Shown one piece after another: positions 18,473 through 29,725 of a stretch of DNA of 64,000 bases. Position numbers and translations under genes: made by a program. The DNA is from an uncultured delta proteobacterium (GTDB taxonomy: Bacteria > Desulfobacterota > Syntrophorhabdia > Syntrophorhabdales > WCHB1-27). Location of the stretch: NCBI GenBank assembly GCA_963810935.1, contig CAWEPK010000007.1, positions 320,001 to 384,000 of the forward strand. The letters are read 5' to 3'. Position 1 is the first letter of the stretch. The number at the start of each line of letters is the position of its first letter. A model generated the notes under the pieces. That model saw only the letters and a list, made by a program, of their open reading frames with translations. It searched no databases and was not told where the DNA came from.

Positions 18473-19557
18473 CTACATCTCGCTGCGGCGCAACGTGACC
18501 GTAAGGGTCTTATCGGCCCTCTTTATAAGGAGTGCACGGTGCTGCCCGGCTCTCCACGCCGCTTCATCAGTTTATCTCCCTCGGTGCCCATTTGCCTGAC
18601 CTCTGTCCCGTCGATGGCAATTATCTCGTCGCCCCTGAGCAGCCCCGCAGCCTCTTCGGGCGACCCTTTCTCAACGTTTTGCATGGTGAAGGTGCCCGAT
18701 GAGTTGATTTTCGTAAAACGGACGTCGCCACGGGGCAGTGGACCAAGAAAGACCATCTCCACCGGGCGGGTCTCGGTGATGCTGACCTCCTCGCATGTCT
18801 TGCTGCCGAACAGGGGCGGGTCTACCTGTACTACCCTGTACCTGGCCCTCATAAGCCGCAATGCCATGCGGTTGTTGGCGGCGTTCATTTCTCCTTCGAC
18901 GTCGCCTTTCTCAGCAGGTACAGTACATATGTCGGAGGGATAAATCTTCCCCGAGGGCATCTCCCACGAGCCGACGAGCTTGCTGCCTCGCCGTTCGAGG
19001 CGGATGGTGAGTTGTTCCGCTCCCAGGCCGCCGATGCCTCCCCAATCGATAAGCATGACATCCTTGTAATCAAAATCGCCCCTGGACCGGGGATGCGACC
19101 CCTTCACGATCAGCTTGTTCTCTTCAACATAGACGCCGTACGCGTTACGTTCGGTATCTATCCACTGACCGCCGAGGGCCTTGAATTGTTCCGTTTTTTC
19201 CATACGATATTCGAGCTTGACGATCTCGTCGCGCACCCGCTGAGCGTCTTGTGCGCCGGGCGCCAGCGCGAGGTAACGCTGATAACTGGCGATGCCTTCC
19301 CTTGCTTGTCCCATTTTGGACTGGACTGCTCCCAGGTTGTACCAGGCCGCCGCCATTTGCGGGGCAATCTCGGTCGCTTTCCTGAATTCCTCGGCCGCCT
19401 CTCCCAGCTCCTCGTTGTTCTTGGCCATTTCGATAGCGGCCAGCCCGCGGACCAGGTGCCGCCGGGCCTCGGTATTGTCCGTTTGAGCAAATACCGGGGC
19501 AGACAGGAGAGTGAAAACAGATGCAAGGAGAGTCATCCGGCAAATGGCAGTCGTCAT
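18473..19557 (-). CDS. Exported TPR + PDZ protein (frameshift near 3' end)
   Basis: Signal peptide, AWYNLG TPR and GSP...AGL..GDEIIAIDG PDZ. The alternate frame finishes LLIKRADKTLTVTLRRSEM*. Confidence 0.75.
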
Positions 19558-19642
19558 AATGTTCCTCCTGTTACAGGTCCGTGCGGCGCAACATGATGAA
19601 GAGGCGCCGGACGTCCGTGTCTGTTTCTTTAATTGCGGCCGT

Positions 19643-20932
19643 CTACTTCAGGGGAGGCACAGGTTTCGCCAGAGGGGCAGGACCGGATGTGGCGGGTATT
19701 GCTTTGTCCGAATGGCAAATCCCCACCGTTCGCTCCACGGCTTCAAGCTGCGCCTGCACATTGCGCATCTCGACGTCGACGTATTCCCTGGCGTTGAACT
19801 GCGCGGCTTTGAGGAGATTGAGACGCCTCTCCATGTCCTGCGCTTCCCTGTACTTGTTGAGCGATTCGTCTATATCCATCCCCACGGAGGCGGGCAGGGC
19901 CGGCGGGTAGTAGATAGACAGCATATCGGTAGCCAGCTTCGCATAGTCCTTCGAGAGGGCGTCCACGTCACGGGCCTTATCCTCGCCGCGCTGCTTCAAC
20001 TCGAAGGCGACCGCCTTATTGAGCACCGAAAGGACGCGGTTGGTGCTCTCCAGGCGCACGCGCAGGTCCTGCGGCGCTTTAGGGTCGAGGCGGATATCCT
20101 TCAGAAGGTCATTGCATTTATCGGCTGCGTCCATCGCCGATTGCTTGAATTCGGCGGCGCTTAAACTGGCGCCTACACCCACCCCGGCCAAGGTCGTCTG
20201 GATGTACCGGTATCCTTTCAGATATGCGGGCGCCCCCTTTTCTATTGCCGGCGCGCCCAGGTCGAGCAGTTTGGAAGCGACTCCGAGCATTGCCTGCACC
20301 TTCTCCATCTTTTCGGCATAAATTCTCGCATCGCTTCCGCGCATGGAAGAATCGAGGGACCTCGACCGCTCCTGCAAGCCCGCCAGCGTTTCCTTAAGCT
20401 TCTCCCTGTCCCGCTCTGCCTGCCTGCACATGTCAGGCGTCACGAACCGGGAGGGGCTGATGGAAGGGCCCTGCGGCACATCGCCTGGATCGGGTATTCT
20501 GATGGTCCTGAGCAGCGCGCCTTTTTGTTCGTTAAATTTCCGGTCTTCTGCCGGGTCGGGCTGGCCTGACGCCGGGGCCTTCGTCTGCACTTGCGGGCCT
20601 TGCGCAGCAGGGGCGTTGCCTTGCACCTGGGGCGCCGGTTTGGCGGGTTGAAATGAAGGGACGTCGAACCCCGAGCAATAGGACTTGCTCGATTCGAACC
20701 ACGGCCTCGCGCTCCGGTAGGTTTCGCATTGGGATTTTGTTTTAAAGTTCCCCCTGCCGTGAGACCCGAACATCTTCGCCGCCTCGCCCGTATAATAGAC
20801 TTTCCATTCGGCAAGGGCCGCATTCGGCCAAGCGGCGAGAAACGCTGCGATGAAGACGGCAACGGCTACCCTTCGATTCACTATTCCATACCTCCGTATC
20901 GGTGCCCCTAGATTTGCTTTCATCGTATACAA
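19643..20932 (-). CDS. Exported coiled-coil hypothetical protein
   Basis: Long ORF with a signal-like segment, a Pro/Gln linker and a helical C-terminus; start uncertain. Confidence 0.65.
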   Translation of the reverse strand: MYTMKANLGAPIRRYGIVNRRVAVAVFIAAFLAAWPNAALAEWKVYYTGEAAKMFGSHGRGNFKTKSQCETYRSARPWFESSKSYCSGFDVPSFQPAKPAPQVQGNAPAAQGPQVQTKAPASGQPDPAEDRKFNEQKGALLRTIRIPDPGDVPQGPSISPSRFVTPDMCRQAERDREKLKETLAGLQERSRSLDSSMRGSDARIYAEKMEKVQAMLGVASKLLDLGAPAIEKGAPAYLKGYRYIQTTLAGVGVGASLSAAEFKQSAMDAADKCNDLLKDIRLDPKAPQDLRVRLESTNRVLSVLNKAVAFELKQRGEDKARDVDALSKDYAKLATDMLSIYYPPALPASVGMDIDESLNKYREAQDMERRLNLLKAAQFNAREYVDVEMRNVQAQLEAVERTVGICHSDKAIPATSGPAPLAKPVPPLK

Positions 20933-21065
20933 TTGTCAAGCGAATTATTCAGTCGCCTCAAGGAAACACTCTGGTTTCTCAATACAGTTGACCTTGCCCG
21001 CTGCAATGTTGTAGAAAAGTAGCCGTGCGTAAAGGCATATCCTATCCACAGAAAGGGAGAAGAGA

Positions 21066-22470
21066 GTGAACAGGTCCTGTTACAGCATCATGTTAGCCGC
21101 AACGTTAATCCTTGGCCTGGGCCTTACGGTCCCCGTTTTCGGCCAGGGCGACGCAGGAAAGGCCCCGGCGAGCGGTGTCGTCGGCATCAACATAGAGCGC
21201 GAGGCTTCGGGCAGGGTGTTGATACGCTGGGTCGAAAAAGGGGGCCCGGCGGAGCAGGCCGGTTTGCAGATCGGCGACGAAATACTCTCTATCGATGGAA
21301 CGGATGCGACGCAGTTCAAAAGCCAGGAGGAAGCGGGCGGAAAGGTCCGGGGCCGCGCGGGGACGCCGGTGCAATTGAAAATAAAAAGAAAAGAGGAAGA
21401 GAGGACCGTCACGGTCCTTCGGGCCTCCGCGGACGACCTGGCCCGGAAGCATATAATACGCGGCGCGGCGGCCATTGAGATGGCCAGGAGCGAGGCGGAC
21501 CTGGCCAAAGCCGCCTCCGAGTTCGGCCAGGCCGCCGGCTATGCGCCGAATATGGCGGCGGCCTGGTACAACCTGGGCTCCGTCCAGGCGAAGATCGGGC
21601 AATTGAAGGAAGCTATCAAGAGCTACCGGACGTACCTCGCCCTGGCCCCCAACGCGGATGACGCCCGGCGGATCAAAGACGAGATCATCAAGCTGGAGTA
21701 CCGGCTCGAGCAGGTGGAGAGCTTCAAGGGCCTCTCGGGGTATTGGGTATCGTGGACAGGCACCCTATACAGGGTTGGCGCGGACGGTGGAAAGTTGACC
21801 CTCCGGGGGCTCCATAAAGGTTCGGACGAGTCCATCGACTACGTGATAAGCGGCAAGCATAGCCCCGAAATGGGACGAACGCAGTGTCTTGCTTCCACTC
21901 TGACCGAGCGAGGCGGCAAGTGGGTCGGTACCTGGGAAGTCCCCGGAATCACCTACCCGACCGCGTGCACCGTCCCGACTTCGCAGGCGGAAGTGGAAGC
22001 GCAGGTAGATGAGGCCGGGGGACGCATCACCGTAAAGATCACCCGGCCTAAATTCAGGGTGGAGGTTGTGGACCCCGGTATCTGGAGCATCGAAGTGGGC
22101 GTGCGGAGGGGTTTCCATGACAGGGACAGTCGCCGAGGAGAACCTCCTCATGGGCCCGGTCCCCAGCGGATACCTCCTGCTGGGGATAAATTCCGACACC
22201 CCCCGCAGCATATACATTTCCCAGGTAGGCCCCGGCGAGGAAAAGGCCGGGTTGAAATCGGGCGACCATATCGTATCGATCGATGGGGCGGAAGTGGCAA
22301 AGATGAGCAGCATGGGCGAGGCACGGCTGAAGCTTTACGGCAAGCCGGGCACCGTAGCACAACTGGTCATAAAGAGAAAAGCAAAAAAGAGCTCTCCGGA
22401 GGAAACGCTCGAAGTCTCGGTCCCCCGGACAGATATCTCAGCCGCCAAGATAAGCGTTTGCGGAGAGTAA
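21066..22470 (+). CDS. Exported PDZ-TPR-PDZ protein (frameshift ~22090)
   Basis: Paralogue of 18473-19557; the second PDZ lies in the frame of ORF 22066-22470. Confidence 0.75.
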
Positions 22471-22803
22471 CGAGTCAAGGCTTAAAAAGTGCGGTGGCTT
22501 GACTGACGGCCCTTTTGAAGCCGACAAATTCTCTAAAGCCTCCATTCCTCGCGTACTATAAAGCCAACTATTATTAGAACGAGGATCCCTATTAAGACGA
22601 GAATAGTTGAATTCGCTAACAGCTCAAAAATAAAATGTAGCAATTTGTCTCTCCCGTTATATGGAGGATAGAATCATTATTAACCCAAAGAATCCTCCAC
22701 GGGACATTACCGCTCAAATTCCTTTCTAACATAGGTATAAAACTATTTGCAAGACATTTCTGTATATATAGAAGTACAAGTGTGAGGTGCACGAGCGGCA
22801 GGA

Positions 22804-23060
22804 ATGACGCTATACGATAATGGTAGGTCAATCCGCATTCTTGCTATCGGCCATCGTCGGGAAATATACAATTTAACGAAGCCATCCGCCGCATCATGGG
22901 CGAGCCCACCTGCGGCGAAGAAAAGCGGGGCGACCTCGCAGGCGTCCGCGTCTACAAGCGGCGCGCAGGCGACCGGTAGTACCTCCTCGCCTACGAATTC
23001 GACGCGGAAAACCTTTCCCTGCTCGCCCTATGGGTGCATCATAATTTATACAGAAGAATA
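22804..23060 (+). pseudogene. Two fused remnants of RelE/ParE-family toxins
   Basis: ..IRILAIGHRREIY, then in another frame EAIRRIMGEPTCGEEKRGDLAGVRVYK..*YLLAYEFD...HHNLY with an internal stop. Confidence 0.6.
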
Positions 23061-23135
23061 GGGAAAGAAGGTGGGGTGAAATAGGATTAGGCCAGGTTAA
23101 AACAACAATCGTGGTGCTGTGTCCACGTTTCCTTT

Positions 23136-24143
23136 CTATGTACCGAAGTCATTCGCTATTGTGAAAATGGAGGACAAAGCGCCTTTTGCTGTTGCTTTGG
23201 AAATGCTGTGTTTGGACGAGCTTTCTCTTTCCAAGTGAACAATATTGCGAAACTGTCGGATTGAATCCGCAAGTTTTTGAATAGCACTTTTCAGAAGGTT
23301 GTTGTCTTCACATGCTCTTATATACGAGTCTAAGCTGTTCTTTGCGGACCTTATGCCCTTACTTTCCAGATAGAGTCGAAGCAATTCCTCAATTACTCCC
23401 CCTGCCAAAACTACGGAAGGTTTATTATAACCTTGATGGGCAAGCAGAAACGCCTGCTCCACATCCCTGAATATTACTTTCCGTTTGAACTGATCTTTTA
23501 CAAAATTTATTCTCTTTGCAAATGACCTTTTGGACTCGCCATAGTCCGTCTCTATGGCTCCCCACGGATCGCTGACTTCAATGGAACGCGCTGAAACACT
23601 TGTTTTGCGCTCTTCTCTTTTTTTAACCACCTTTTTCCTCCTCACTGTGTGTAACGCCAGCAATAGCTCAGCGGACAGTCTTTCCCGAACGAATTCTTCT
23701 GAGAGCGCTGTTTCCGTCACGCCATCATATCTAGGCACGGTATAAGGATAACCTTTCCCACGTATCCTCTGGTCGATATCAGACATTCTTCGATAGATTC
23801 CTTTAATGCCAGCCATAAGTAAGGATGCCGTCTCTTTTAAAGGTCGTTCTGGGTCGATGCCGTTCATTAGACAGAAGGTTCGTGTCTTAGAAAGGCTTCG
23901 AGACACAACGTCATGTAGAAATGGTTGAATAAAACCACGCCAAAAAACTCTCCTCGGCGAGCCATCGAAAGATATCCCCGAATAGCGTATCTCTTTCCCG
24001 ATAAAATTTGTTAGCCGTAATTCCTTGCCGGATGAGAAGAATGCCCACGGTGTCACCTTGCCGTCTTCCAGCTTCCGAAACTCTAACTCGACTCGTTCCT
24101 TTATGAAGCTATACGCGGGCGATACGTTAATTATGACGCTCAT
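23136..24143 (-). CDS. AT-rich hypothetical protein with HEPN/DUF4145-like C-terminus
   Basis: SVVLAGGVIEELL..., DSIRQFRNIVH. Confidence 0.65.
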   Translation of the reverse strand: MSVIINVSPAYSFIKERVELEFRKLEDGKVTPWAFFSSGKELRLTNFIGKEIRYSGISFDGSPRRVFWRGFIQPFLHDVVSRSLSKTRTFCLMNGIDPERPLKETASLLMAGIKGIYRRMSDIDQRIRGKGYPYTVPRYDGVTETALSEEFVRERLSAELLLALHTVRRKKVVKKREERKTSVSARSIEVSDPWGAIETDYGESKRSFAKRINFVKDQFKRKVIFRDVEQAFLLAHQGYNKPSVVLAGGVIEELLRLYLESKGIRSAKNSLDSYIRACEDNNLLKSAIQKLADSIRQFRNIVHLERESSSKHSISKATAKGALSSIFTIANDFGT

Positions 24144-24335
24144 TTAGATAATAATTACACAATGGATCGCCATGTTGCAAGAAGAATATCCAACTAAGTC
24201 CCCTGGGAAAAAGCCGAATTGGCACCCCTCACCCCGGCCTCTCCGCCAAGGGGCGAGGGGTGATAAAGAAAGCAAGGAGCAGCGACGCGGTACCGTGGGC
24301 CGGGAGATTAGCAGCGTACTTCCCCGAATGCAACA

Positions 24336-24524
24336 GGGGCCGGTGTGGGCTGGCGAGATTTTCGATGCATTTCGTGCTGCTTTTCGACCAAGCGAGCCGC
24401 AGCATATAAAACGGTAGCCGGGTACCCGCGCTCAGGGCTTGCCAGGCGCGGGTGGCAAGTGAGGACTCGCGCCCGAGAAAGCGGCGCGAAAGGCGCGGAA
24501 AGATCGCCGGTCCGCGCCGGCCCC
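24336..24524 (-). repeat. Repeat family A copy (long form with central insert)
   Basis: Reverse copy directly 3' of the acyl-CoA dehydrogenase stop. Confidence 0.85.
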
Positions 24525-24531
24525 CCATCCC

Positions 24532-25719
24532 CTAACCCTTCAACTTATACTTGCGGAAGATCGACCGTGCTATGACCATTCTCTGGATCTGGTTCGCGCC
24601 TTCGTATATCTGGGTCGCTTTAGCGTCGCGCATCATGCGCTCCACCGGATAATCTTTCGTGTACCCGTAGCTCCCCAGTATCTGCACGGCCTCGGTTGTG
24701 ACCTTCATCGCCATGTCTGCTGAATAGACCTTTGCCATTGCGCTTGCCCTGTCGGCGGCCATTGCGCCCATTGTGTCCCTGTCCCTGCCGGGCAGCTCGT
24801 CCAGGAGCATTGCGGCGTGGTAAACAAGCTGTCTGGCAGCTTCCACGCCCGTTGCCATCTCGCCTATCATCGCCTGTATGCCTTCATGCTCTGCGAGCCT
24901 CTGGCCGAACTGCGTCCTGCCCCACGCGTACTCCGCGGAGAAGTCGAGGGCGCCCTGGGCTATGCCGACCGCCTGCGCGCCGACCGCGGGCCGCGACAGG
25001 TTGAGCGTAGACATCGCGACGCCCCACCCGTCGTTGACTTCGCCGAGCAGGTTGTCGCGGGTGAGCCGCACGTTGTCGAAGCTGATCTCCGTAAGGTCGG
25101 AGCCGTTCATCCCCATTTTCTCCTCGTTCTTGCCGATGGTGATGCCGGGGAGGTCCGTCTCCATGAAAAACGCGGTGATGCCCTTGTGCTTCAGGGCGGG
25201 GTTGCTCGATGCGAAGAGCGTCAGCAGCTTGCAGCTTGCCCCGTTGGTTATCATCGACTTCCTGCCGTTCAGGATGAAGCCGTTGCCGTCTTTGACGAAG
25301 GTGGTCGTCATGCGCGCGGGGTCCGAGCCGGCCTCGGGCTCGGTGAGGGCGAATGCGGCGAGGTAAGGCTCCTTGGAACTGACGACCTTGTCGTAAATTA
25401 ACTTCTTTTGCTCGTCCGACGCCGCGATCAGGATAGGCATAAGGCCGACGTTATGGGCGAGCACGATGAGCGACGTCGTACCGGACGCTTTGGCAAGCTC
25501 CTCGATAATAACGCACAGGGAGGTAATGCTTGCGTTCAGCCCTCCGTACGCCTCGGGCAGCATGAGGTAGAGGAACCCGTGCTCGCGGCACGCGTTTACG
25601 ACGTCCCAGGGAAATTCGCAGGTTGCGTCTATCGCCTTGGCCCTGGGCGCAACTTTCTCCCTGGCCATCTTTTCGGCTATTTTTTGTATTAAGGCGTTGC
25701 TTTCGGAAAGCTGCGGCAT
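24532..25719 (-). CDS. Acyl-CoA dehydrogenase
   Basis: FALTEPEAGSD, LNGRKSMITNG, GRTQFG, GSYGY and RDAKATQIYEGANQIQR motifs. Confidence 0.95.
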   Translation of the reverse strand: MPQLSESNALIQKIAEKMAREKVAPRAKAIDATCEFPWDVVNACREHGFLYLMLPEAYGGLNASITSLCVIIEELAKASGTTSLIVLAHNVGLMPILIAASDEQKKLIYDKVVSSKEPYLAAFALTEPEAGSDPARMTTTFVKDGNGFILNGRKSMITNGASCKLLTLFASSNPALKHKGITAFFMETDLPGITIGKNEEKMGMNGSDLTEISFDNVRLTRDNLLGEVNDGWGVAMSTLNLSRPAVGAQAVGIAQGALDFSAEYAWGRTQFGQRLAEHEGIQAMIGEMATGVEAARQLVYHAAMLLDELPGRDRDTMGAMAADRASAMAKVYSADMAMKVTTEAVQILGSYGYTKDYPVERMMRDAKATQIYEGANQIQRMVIARSIFRKYKLKG

Positions 25720-25845
25720 CTCGTCTCCTTTTTTCGGGCTTGGCAGCGTGCGCTACGATGTTTGGTGCGCGCTAAAATTTGAGGTATACTTGTACCATAA
25801 TCAGGACCAAAATATCAAACTTGAATTCGGCGAGGAGACGCGAGA

Positions 25846-26989
25846 ATGGCGACAGTCTATTTTACCGATCTGCGGGCGAAACCGGGCAGGAGCCTGCTTG
25901 ACAAGATAGAGGACCTGCTGAAGAGGGTAAAGCTTTCCAGGAAGGTGCGCAAGAACGACCTTGCCGCGATCAAAGTGCACTTCGGCGAGCGGGGCAACTG
26001 CGCATATTTGCGGCCCATTTTCCTGCGCGTCATCGCCGACCATTTGCGGGCCTCGGGCGCGCGCCCGTTTTTGACCGATACGAACACGCTCTACACAGGG
26101 TCGCGCAGCAACGGCGTCACGCACATGGAGACTGCCGTGCTGAACGGCTTCGACTACTCAGTGGCCGGCTGCCCCGTAGTTATCGCGGACGGCCTCCGTG
26201 GCGCATCGGGCGCTAAGGTGCCGGTCCCGGCCGGGGGCGTGCTCACGGAGGTGAGCATAGCGCGGGAGATCGTCGATGCGGACGCCCTCGTCGCAGCTAC
26301 GCACTTCAAGGGGCACGAGCTTTGCGGCTTCGGCGGTGCGATCAAGAACCTGGGCATGGGGTGCGCCACCAGAGAGGGCAAACTGGTGCAGCACTCGACC
26401 GTCGGCCCGTCGATCAGCGTGGAGCGGTGCAAGGGCTGCGGACTCTGCCTCGACTACTGCCCGCAGAACGCGATAAAGCTGAAAGGGGGCAAGGGAGACG
26501 CGGGTGCGCCCGGCCGGAAAGGCAGGAAGGCAACGATAGAAGGCCACAGGTGCATAGGCTGCGGCGAGTGCATCGTAGTCTGCCCGCAGGGCGCAATCGA
26601 GATCGAGTGGAACGAGGAACAGGACAGGTTCCAGAAGAAGATGGTGGAGCACGCGGCAGGAGCGTTGGCCGGCAAGGCGGGCAAGTGTGTCTTCATCAAC
26701 TTCCTGATGCAGATAAGCCCTGCGTGCGACTGCTATCCCAGCAACGACGCGCCGATAGTGCGCGACCTGGGAATACTGGCGTCGGTCGACCCGGTGGCGA
26801 TAGACGCGGCCTCGGTGGACATGGTGAACAACGAAGAGGCATTGCCGGGGACAGTAATTAAAAAAGGGGCAGCGGCAGGGGAGGACAAGTTTGGATTGAT
26901 TTATCCGTCGATAGATTGGAATATTCAATTGGACCATGCGGTGAGCGATGGGCATGGGAGAGAGGACATACAAACTCGTCAAGATTTGA
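25846..26989 (+). CDS. DUF362 Fe-S protein with inserted 2x[4Fe-4S] ferredoxin domain (frameshift near 3' end)
   Basis: KVHFGE.GN, TDTNTLY.GSR, HFKGH..GFGGAIKNLGMGC, two CxxCxxCxxxC motifs and CDC. Confidence 0.9.
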
Positions 26990-27001
26990 GGGGCGCTGGG
27001 T

Positions 27002-27124
27002 GGCCGGGCGCTTTTCGCGCCATGCGCCTGTCTCTCCGGGCCGCGCGTCCTCACGTACACAAAACGTACGCTCCGGGCGGCGGCTCCTCGATCACGGCGC
27101 CTGTCATCGAAAATCGCCTCGGCC
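27002..27124 (+). repeat. Repeat family A copy (short form, variant arms)
   Basis: Same termini and TCCTCACGTACAC..CGTACGCTCCGG core. Confidence 0.8.
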
Positions 27125-27202
27125 GAATAATGGCTTCACCATTTTGGCAAGTCCCTCAATAAAAAACCACGGCCGGGCGACCCACTGCGATAGGAGAATA
27201 GG

Positions 27203-28321
27203 ATGACCGCCAAGAAGAGTAAGAAAGACAGCCTGTACGCCCGGTACGCGGACCTGCTCGTTCGCTACTGCCTCGATTTGCACGAAGGCGACAAGCTGCT
27301 TATCGTATCCACCTACCTTTCCGAGCCCCTCCTGCAGGAGGTCTTCAGCGCGGCCCTCGCGGCGGGTGCGCACCCTGAAACATGGCTCAGCGCCGCAGGA
27401 CTGGTCCGCCGCCTTTATGACGAAGGCAGCCCCGCGCAGCTTGCCCACCCGTCGCCGCTCTATGCCTATGCAGTCGAGCACTACCAGGCGTTCCTCTTCA
27501 TCCGCGCGCCCTTCCACACGCGCGAGATGCAGTCCGTCGACCCCGACCGCCTGCGGGCCGTGGCAGTCGGCGAGACGAAGGTGAAAAAGCGCTTCAGGGA
27601 GCGCTCCGTCGCGGGCGAGCTTGCCTGGACCCTCTGCGAGTTCCCGACGGACGCGCAGGCGCAGGAATGCGGCATGTCGCGCCGCGAGTACGAGGCGTTC
27701 ATCGCACGCGCCTGCTTCCTGAACCGGCCTGACCCCGCCGCAGCATGGCATGAGGTACGCGAGCGCCAGCAGCGCGCTGTCGATAGGCTCAATGCAGCGC
27801 GCAGCGTCACGTTCCGGGGCCGCGACACGGACATTACATTTTCGACTGAAGGCAGGAAGTGGATCAACTCTGACGGCAGGCACAACATGCCGTCCGGCGA
27901 GGTCTTCACGAGCCCCGTCGAAAACTCCGTTGAAGGGCGCGTCCGCTTCTCCTATCCGGCCATCTACATGGGGCAGGAGGTAGAAGACGTGCGCCTGGAA
28001 GTGGAGGGCGGCCGGGTGGTGCGCTGGGAAGCGGCCAGGGGCGCGGGCCTTCTCGGCAAGGTGCTGGAGGTGCCGGGCGCGGACCGCTTCGGCGAGGCTG
28101 CCATCGGCACGAACGCAGGCATCGACCGTTTCACGAGAAACATCCTCTTCGACGAGAAGATGGGCGGCACGATACACATGGCGCTCGGCTCGTCGTACGG
28201 CGAGGCGGGCGGAAAGAATGAGTGCGCAGTGCATTGGGACATGCTGGCCGACATGAAGCGAGGCGGCGAGATACTCGCAGACGGGGAGATCATCTACAGG
28301 AACGGTAAGTTTATTTTTTGA
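27203..28321 (+). CDS. M29-family aminopeptidase
   Basis: NMPSGEVFTSP, GEAAIGTN, FDEK, HMALG and HWD motifs. Confidence 0.92.
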   Translation: MTAKKSKKDSLYARYADLLVRYCLDLHEGDKLLIVSTYLSEPLLQEVFSAALAAGAHPETWLSAAGLVRRLYDEGSPAQLAHPSPLYAYAVEHYQAFLFIRAPFHTREMQSVDPDRLRAVAVGETKVKKRFRERSVAGELAWTLCEFPTDAQAQECGMSRREYEAFIARACFLNRPDPAAAWHEVRERQQRAVDRLNAARSVTFRGRDTDITFSTEGRKWINSDGRHNMPSGEVFTSPVENSVEGRVRFSYPAIYMGQEVEDVRLEVEGGRVVRWEAARGAGLLGKVLEVPGADRFGEAAIGTNAGIDRFTRNILFDEKMGGTIHMALGSSYGEAGGKNECAVHWDMLADMKRGGEILADGEIIYRNGKFIF

Positions 28322-28355
28322 ATGGCCGGTTCACTTCCGGTCACTCGCCGGACGT

Positions 28356-28922
28356 CTATGTACCTGACCCCTTTCCCATCATCAGAATGATCTCTTCCGC
28401 CGCATGCACGCCGGCGTAGACCGACGCCAGGGCGGCCATGAAGGCGGTGTGCACGTGTTTCGCGGGGACATCAACGCCGCCGAACGCGAGGCTTCCCGTT
28501 GCGCAGGCGTCATGGGCGATGAGGCAAGAGTACCCTTTATCGAAAGCGGCCCTCGTTGTAGCGTCGATGCACATGTGCGACATCATCCCGCAGATCACCA
28601 GTTGTTCGATCTGTTTCGATTGGAGGTATTCGCCGAAGCGCGTATCCCGGAAAGCATTGGGGAAATGCTTGTCGATAATCGTCTCGCCGGCAAGGGGCGC
28701 GACGTTCTCATGAAATTCGACCCCCTGCGTACCGGGCGCCAGAAACGTCGCGTCCTTTCGCGCCGAGAGGTGCCGCACGTGGACGACCGGAAGGCGTTTT
28801 TCCCTGAAGAAGGCCAGCAGGCGCCCGGCCTGCCTGCTTGCCTCGACCGGCCCGGCGAGTTCCATCTTCCCTCCGGGGAAATAGTCCTTCTGGATGTCGA
28901 TGACGATAAGTGCGCTGTTCAT
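28356..28922 (-). CDS. Isochorismatase-family cysteine hydrolase
   Basis: ALIVIDIQ.DY, K..PNAF and GMMSHMCIDAT motifs. Confidence 0.92.
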   Translation of the reverse strand: MNSALIVIDIQKDYFPGGKMELAGPVEASRQAGRLLAFFREKRLPVVHVRHLSARKDATFLAPGTQGVEFHENVAPLAGETIIDKHFPNAFRDTRFGEYLQSKQIEQLVICGMMSHMCIDATTRAAFDKGYSCLIAHDACATGSLAFGGVDVPAKHVHTAFMAALASVYAGVHAAEEIILMMGKGSGT

Positions 28923-29106
28923 TCAGTCTCCTTTGAAGTGAAAGCCGGGCCCATGCGTCCCGTGCCCGTCTTGCAGCGATACCCGCAATAATAGCATTCA
29001 GCCGCCGCAAAGACGAGAGGAATCGGCGTTCGGTCCCCGCTTGCCCGCACGCATGCCGGTGATTAGATTAACGGTGTAAACAAACGACTCGTCAGGCAGG
29101 ATTAAG

Positions 29107-29523
29107 ATGGCTCGCCATAGTCACGCTTTTGCGCTCGTAGGGCTGCTATTTTTTGCGGCCCTCTCCATTCCCGGCCCGTCCGCGGCCCAGGACATGGATA
29201 GTATAGAGGGCGTTTACAGGCAGCAGTACCAGCAGTATACCGCGCAGGAGGCGGCGCTCCAGCAGCAGATGGACGGCCTTCTGTCGCAGAAGGGGCAGGT
29301 GGACAGCCTGATCTCGCAGATAACGGGCGCTACGACGCAGAACTACGCGCAGGAGGCCGAAAGGTACAGGCAGTTGCAGCTCCTCCTGCCTTCCGCCATA
29401 CAATACAGCTCCGACCTGGCCCAGCGCGAGAGGGCGCTGGCGCAGGTGCAGCAGAAAAAAGCGGAGCTGCGGGCGGCGATATTGGGACGCCAGTCGGCAC
29501 TGCCGGTATGGTGGACCCAGTAG
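29107..29523 (+). CDS. Secreted Gln-rich coiled-coil hypothetical protein
   Basis: Signal peptide and heptad-rich body ending LPVWW. Confidence 0.7.
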   Translation: MARHSHAFALVGLLFFAALSIPGPSAAQDMDSIEGVYRQQYQQYTAQEAALQQQMDGLLSQKGQVDSLISQITGATTQNYAQEAERYRQLQLLLPSAIQYSSDLAQRERALAQVQQKKAELRAAILGRQSALPVWWTQ

Positions 29524-29527
29524 GGGT

Positions 29528-29725
29528 GGGGCCGGGATCTTTTGGCGCCTTTCGCGTCGTTTTCTCGGGCGCGAGTCCTCACTTGCCACCCGCGCTTAGC
29601 AAGCTTGGAGCGCGGGTACCCGGCTACCGTTTTATATGCTGCGGCTCGCTTCGTCGAAAAGCAACGCGAACGACCCTTCCCTCCTCACGTCGGGCGGGTA
29701 CCCCGATCCAAAATCTCCCGGCCCC
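29528..29725 (+). repeat. Repeat family A copy (long form, two nested inserts)
   Basis: Starts about 5 nt after the stop at 29523. Confidence 0.85.
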
